From: Candidatus Peribacteraceae bacterium
Lineage (GTDB): Bacteria > Patescibacteriota > Gracilibacteria > Peribacterales > Peribacteraceae
Assembly (NCBI GenBank): GCA_041661065.1
Contig: JBAZVD010000001.1
Span: 1,089,237-1,153,236, forward strand
Direction of reading: 5' to 3'
Length of the DNA stretch: 64,000 nucleotides
Shown here: one piece after another, positions 63,101 through 64,000 of the stretch
Numbering within the stretch: the first letter of the stretch is position 1
Layout: each line of letters starts with the position of its first letter
Translations under genes and position numbers: made by a program
The notes under the pieces: generated by a model
The model's database searches: none
What the model saw: only the letters and a program-made list of their open reading frames with translations
Told to the model about the DNA's origin: nothing

Positions 63101-64000
63101 AGCAGCATGTCCAGCAAGGCCATGCGGATGAGGACGCCGTTCTTGGCCTGGCGGAAGTAGGCGGCATTGGGGAGCGCGTCCACGTCGGTGGTGATCTCGC
63201 CGATGCGGGGCAGCGGGTGCAACACGCTCACGTTTCGGCCTTTGAGCTGGTCGGCGCGCAGCACGTAGCTGTCCTTGAGCCGCTCGTACTCGGAGCGGTC
63301 CGTGAAGCGCTCCTGCTGGATGCGCGTCATGTAGAGGACGTCGCACTCCAGCGCGGCATCGAAGTTCTCGGTTTCCGTGTAGGCGATCTTCTTCTCCTGG
63401 AGGAAGTGCGTCACCTTCTCCGGCACCACCAGTTCCGAGGGCGAAACGTATGTGAACTCCACGTTGTTATAGAGCCCGAGGAGGAACGTGAGGGAGTGCA
63501 CCGTCCGTCCGAACTTGAGGTCACCCACCATGGCGATCCGCAGGCCGTCGATCTTGCCGCGCTCGCGCTCGATGGTGAGGAGGTCCAGGAGCGCCTGCGT
63601 GGGATGCTGGCCGGGACCGTCGCCCGCGTTGACGAAGGGGACCTTGGAGACGGCCGCCGCGCGGTCCGCCGATCCCTGCTCGGGGTGGCGCATGGCGATG
63701 ATGTCCGCGTACTGGCTGACCATGATGATGGTGTCCTCGATGCTCTCCCCCTTATAGAGGGAGCTGAACTGGAACCCGTCCGCCGTGATCACCTGGCCGC
63801 CGAGGCGGAGCATGGCCGTTTCGAAGCTGAGACGCGTGCGCGTGCTGGGTTCGTAGAAGAGCGCGGCGAGGATCTTGCCCGGCAAGCGCGGTTCCTTTGC
63901 CCCCTCCTTCAAGTACCGCTCCATGAGGCGGGCATGCTGAAGAATGGCGTCCGCATCCCTCCGTGAGAGTTGTTTAGTTGAGGTAAGGTGCTGGAAGTTC
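63085..64000 (-). CDS. pyrB: Aspartate carbamoyltransferase catalytic subunit (5' end beyond the window)
   Basis: FYEPSTRTRLSFETAMLRLGG, HPTQALLDL and HPLPR. The reading frame stays open upstream of Met63924 (..FQHLTSTKQLSRRDADAILQHARL..) to the window edge. Confidence 0.92.
   Translation of the reverse strand, partial: NFQHLTSTKQLSRRDADAILQHARLMERYLKEGAKEPRLPGKILAALFYEPSTRTRLSFETAMLRLGGQVITADGFQFSSLYKGESIEDTIIMVSQYADIIAMRHPEQGSADRAAAVSKVPFVNAGDGPGQHPTQALLDLLTIERERGKIDGLRIAMVGDLKFGRTVHSLTFLLGLYNNVEFTYVSPSELVVPEKVTHFLQEKKIAYTETENFDAALECDVLYMTRIQQERFTDRSEYERLKDSYVLRADQLKGRNVSVLHPLPRIGEITTDVDALPNAAYFRQAKNGVLIRMALLDMLLQKGA

Overview
This is a GC-rich bacterial chromosome segment, dense in housekeeping genes. 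It probably comes from an uncultivated small-genome lineage (CPR/Patescibacteria-like). That placement is an inference from four things: a divergent 16S rRNA, a stand-alone 16S gene, start codons without Shine-Dalgarno sequences (several look leaderless), and a comG-like pilus operon.

Content in order:
- The 3' ~980 nt of a 16S rRNA with its own terminator and no 23S behind it.
- Scattered suf Fe-S genes (sufD, sufB, sufC, plus a 2Fe-2S ferredoxin).
- A Kef-type antiporter, an MPG-type glycosylase, a SIMPL protein, holB, secA, tsaB, a GT2 glycosyltransferase and nusA.
- A DnaQ-exonuclease/DinG-like fusion.
- A polyprenyl-phosphate sugar transferase and a TMTC-like GT-C/TPR protein.
- tRNA-Thr(UGU) and RNase P RNA.
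- A ~16.7 kb single-strand operon: response regulator, pilB, pilC, seven pilin-like genes (one of 988 aa and Cys-rich, one with a beta-propeller), a GT-C membrane protein and a histidine kinase.
- purH, recR, smpB, prepilin peptidase, RNase J, a HAD phosphatase, a RelE/Phd toxin-antitoxin pair, pyrC and a partial pyrB.

Two things stand out.
1. There are about 25 hairpin elements belonging to roughly ten sequence-unrelated families. All share one architecture: arms built from tandem 7-mers (sometimes 9-mers). They sit at gene boundaries. Several are inserted in frame in essential genes (secA, tsaB, purH, the GT2 gene, the DinG-like gene). One pair encloses a four-helix-bundle (Avd/IVS-protein family) gene.
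2. A second, unrelated dispersed element of ~190-300 nt occurs in four copies and shows compensatory hairpin substitutions.

The atypical comG-like pilus operon is the main candidate for a protein system. No CRISPR array, integrase or transposase was seen.
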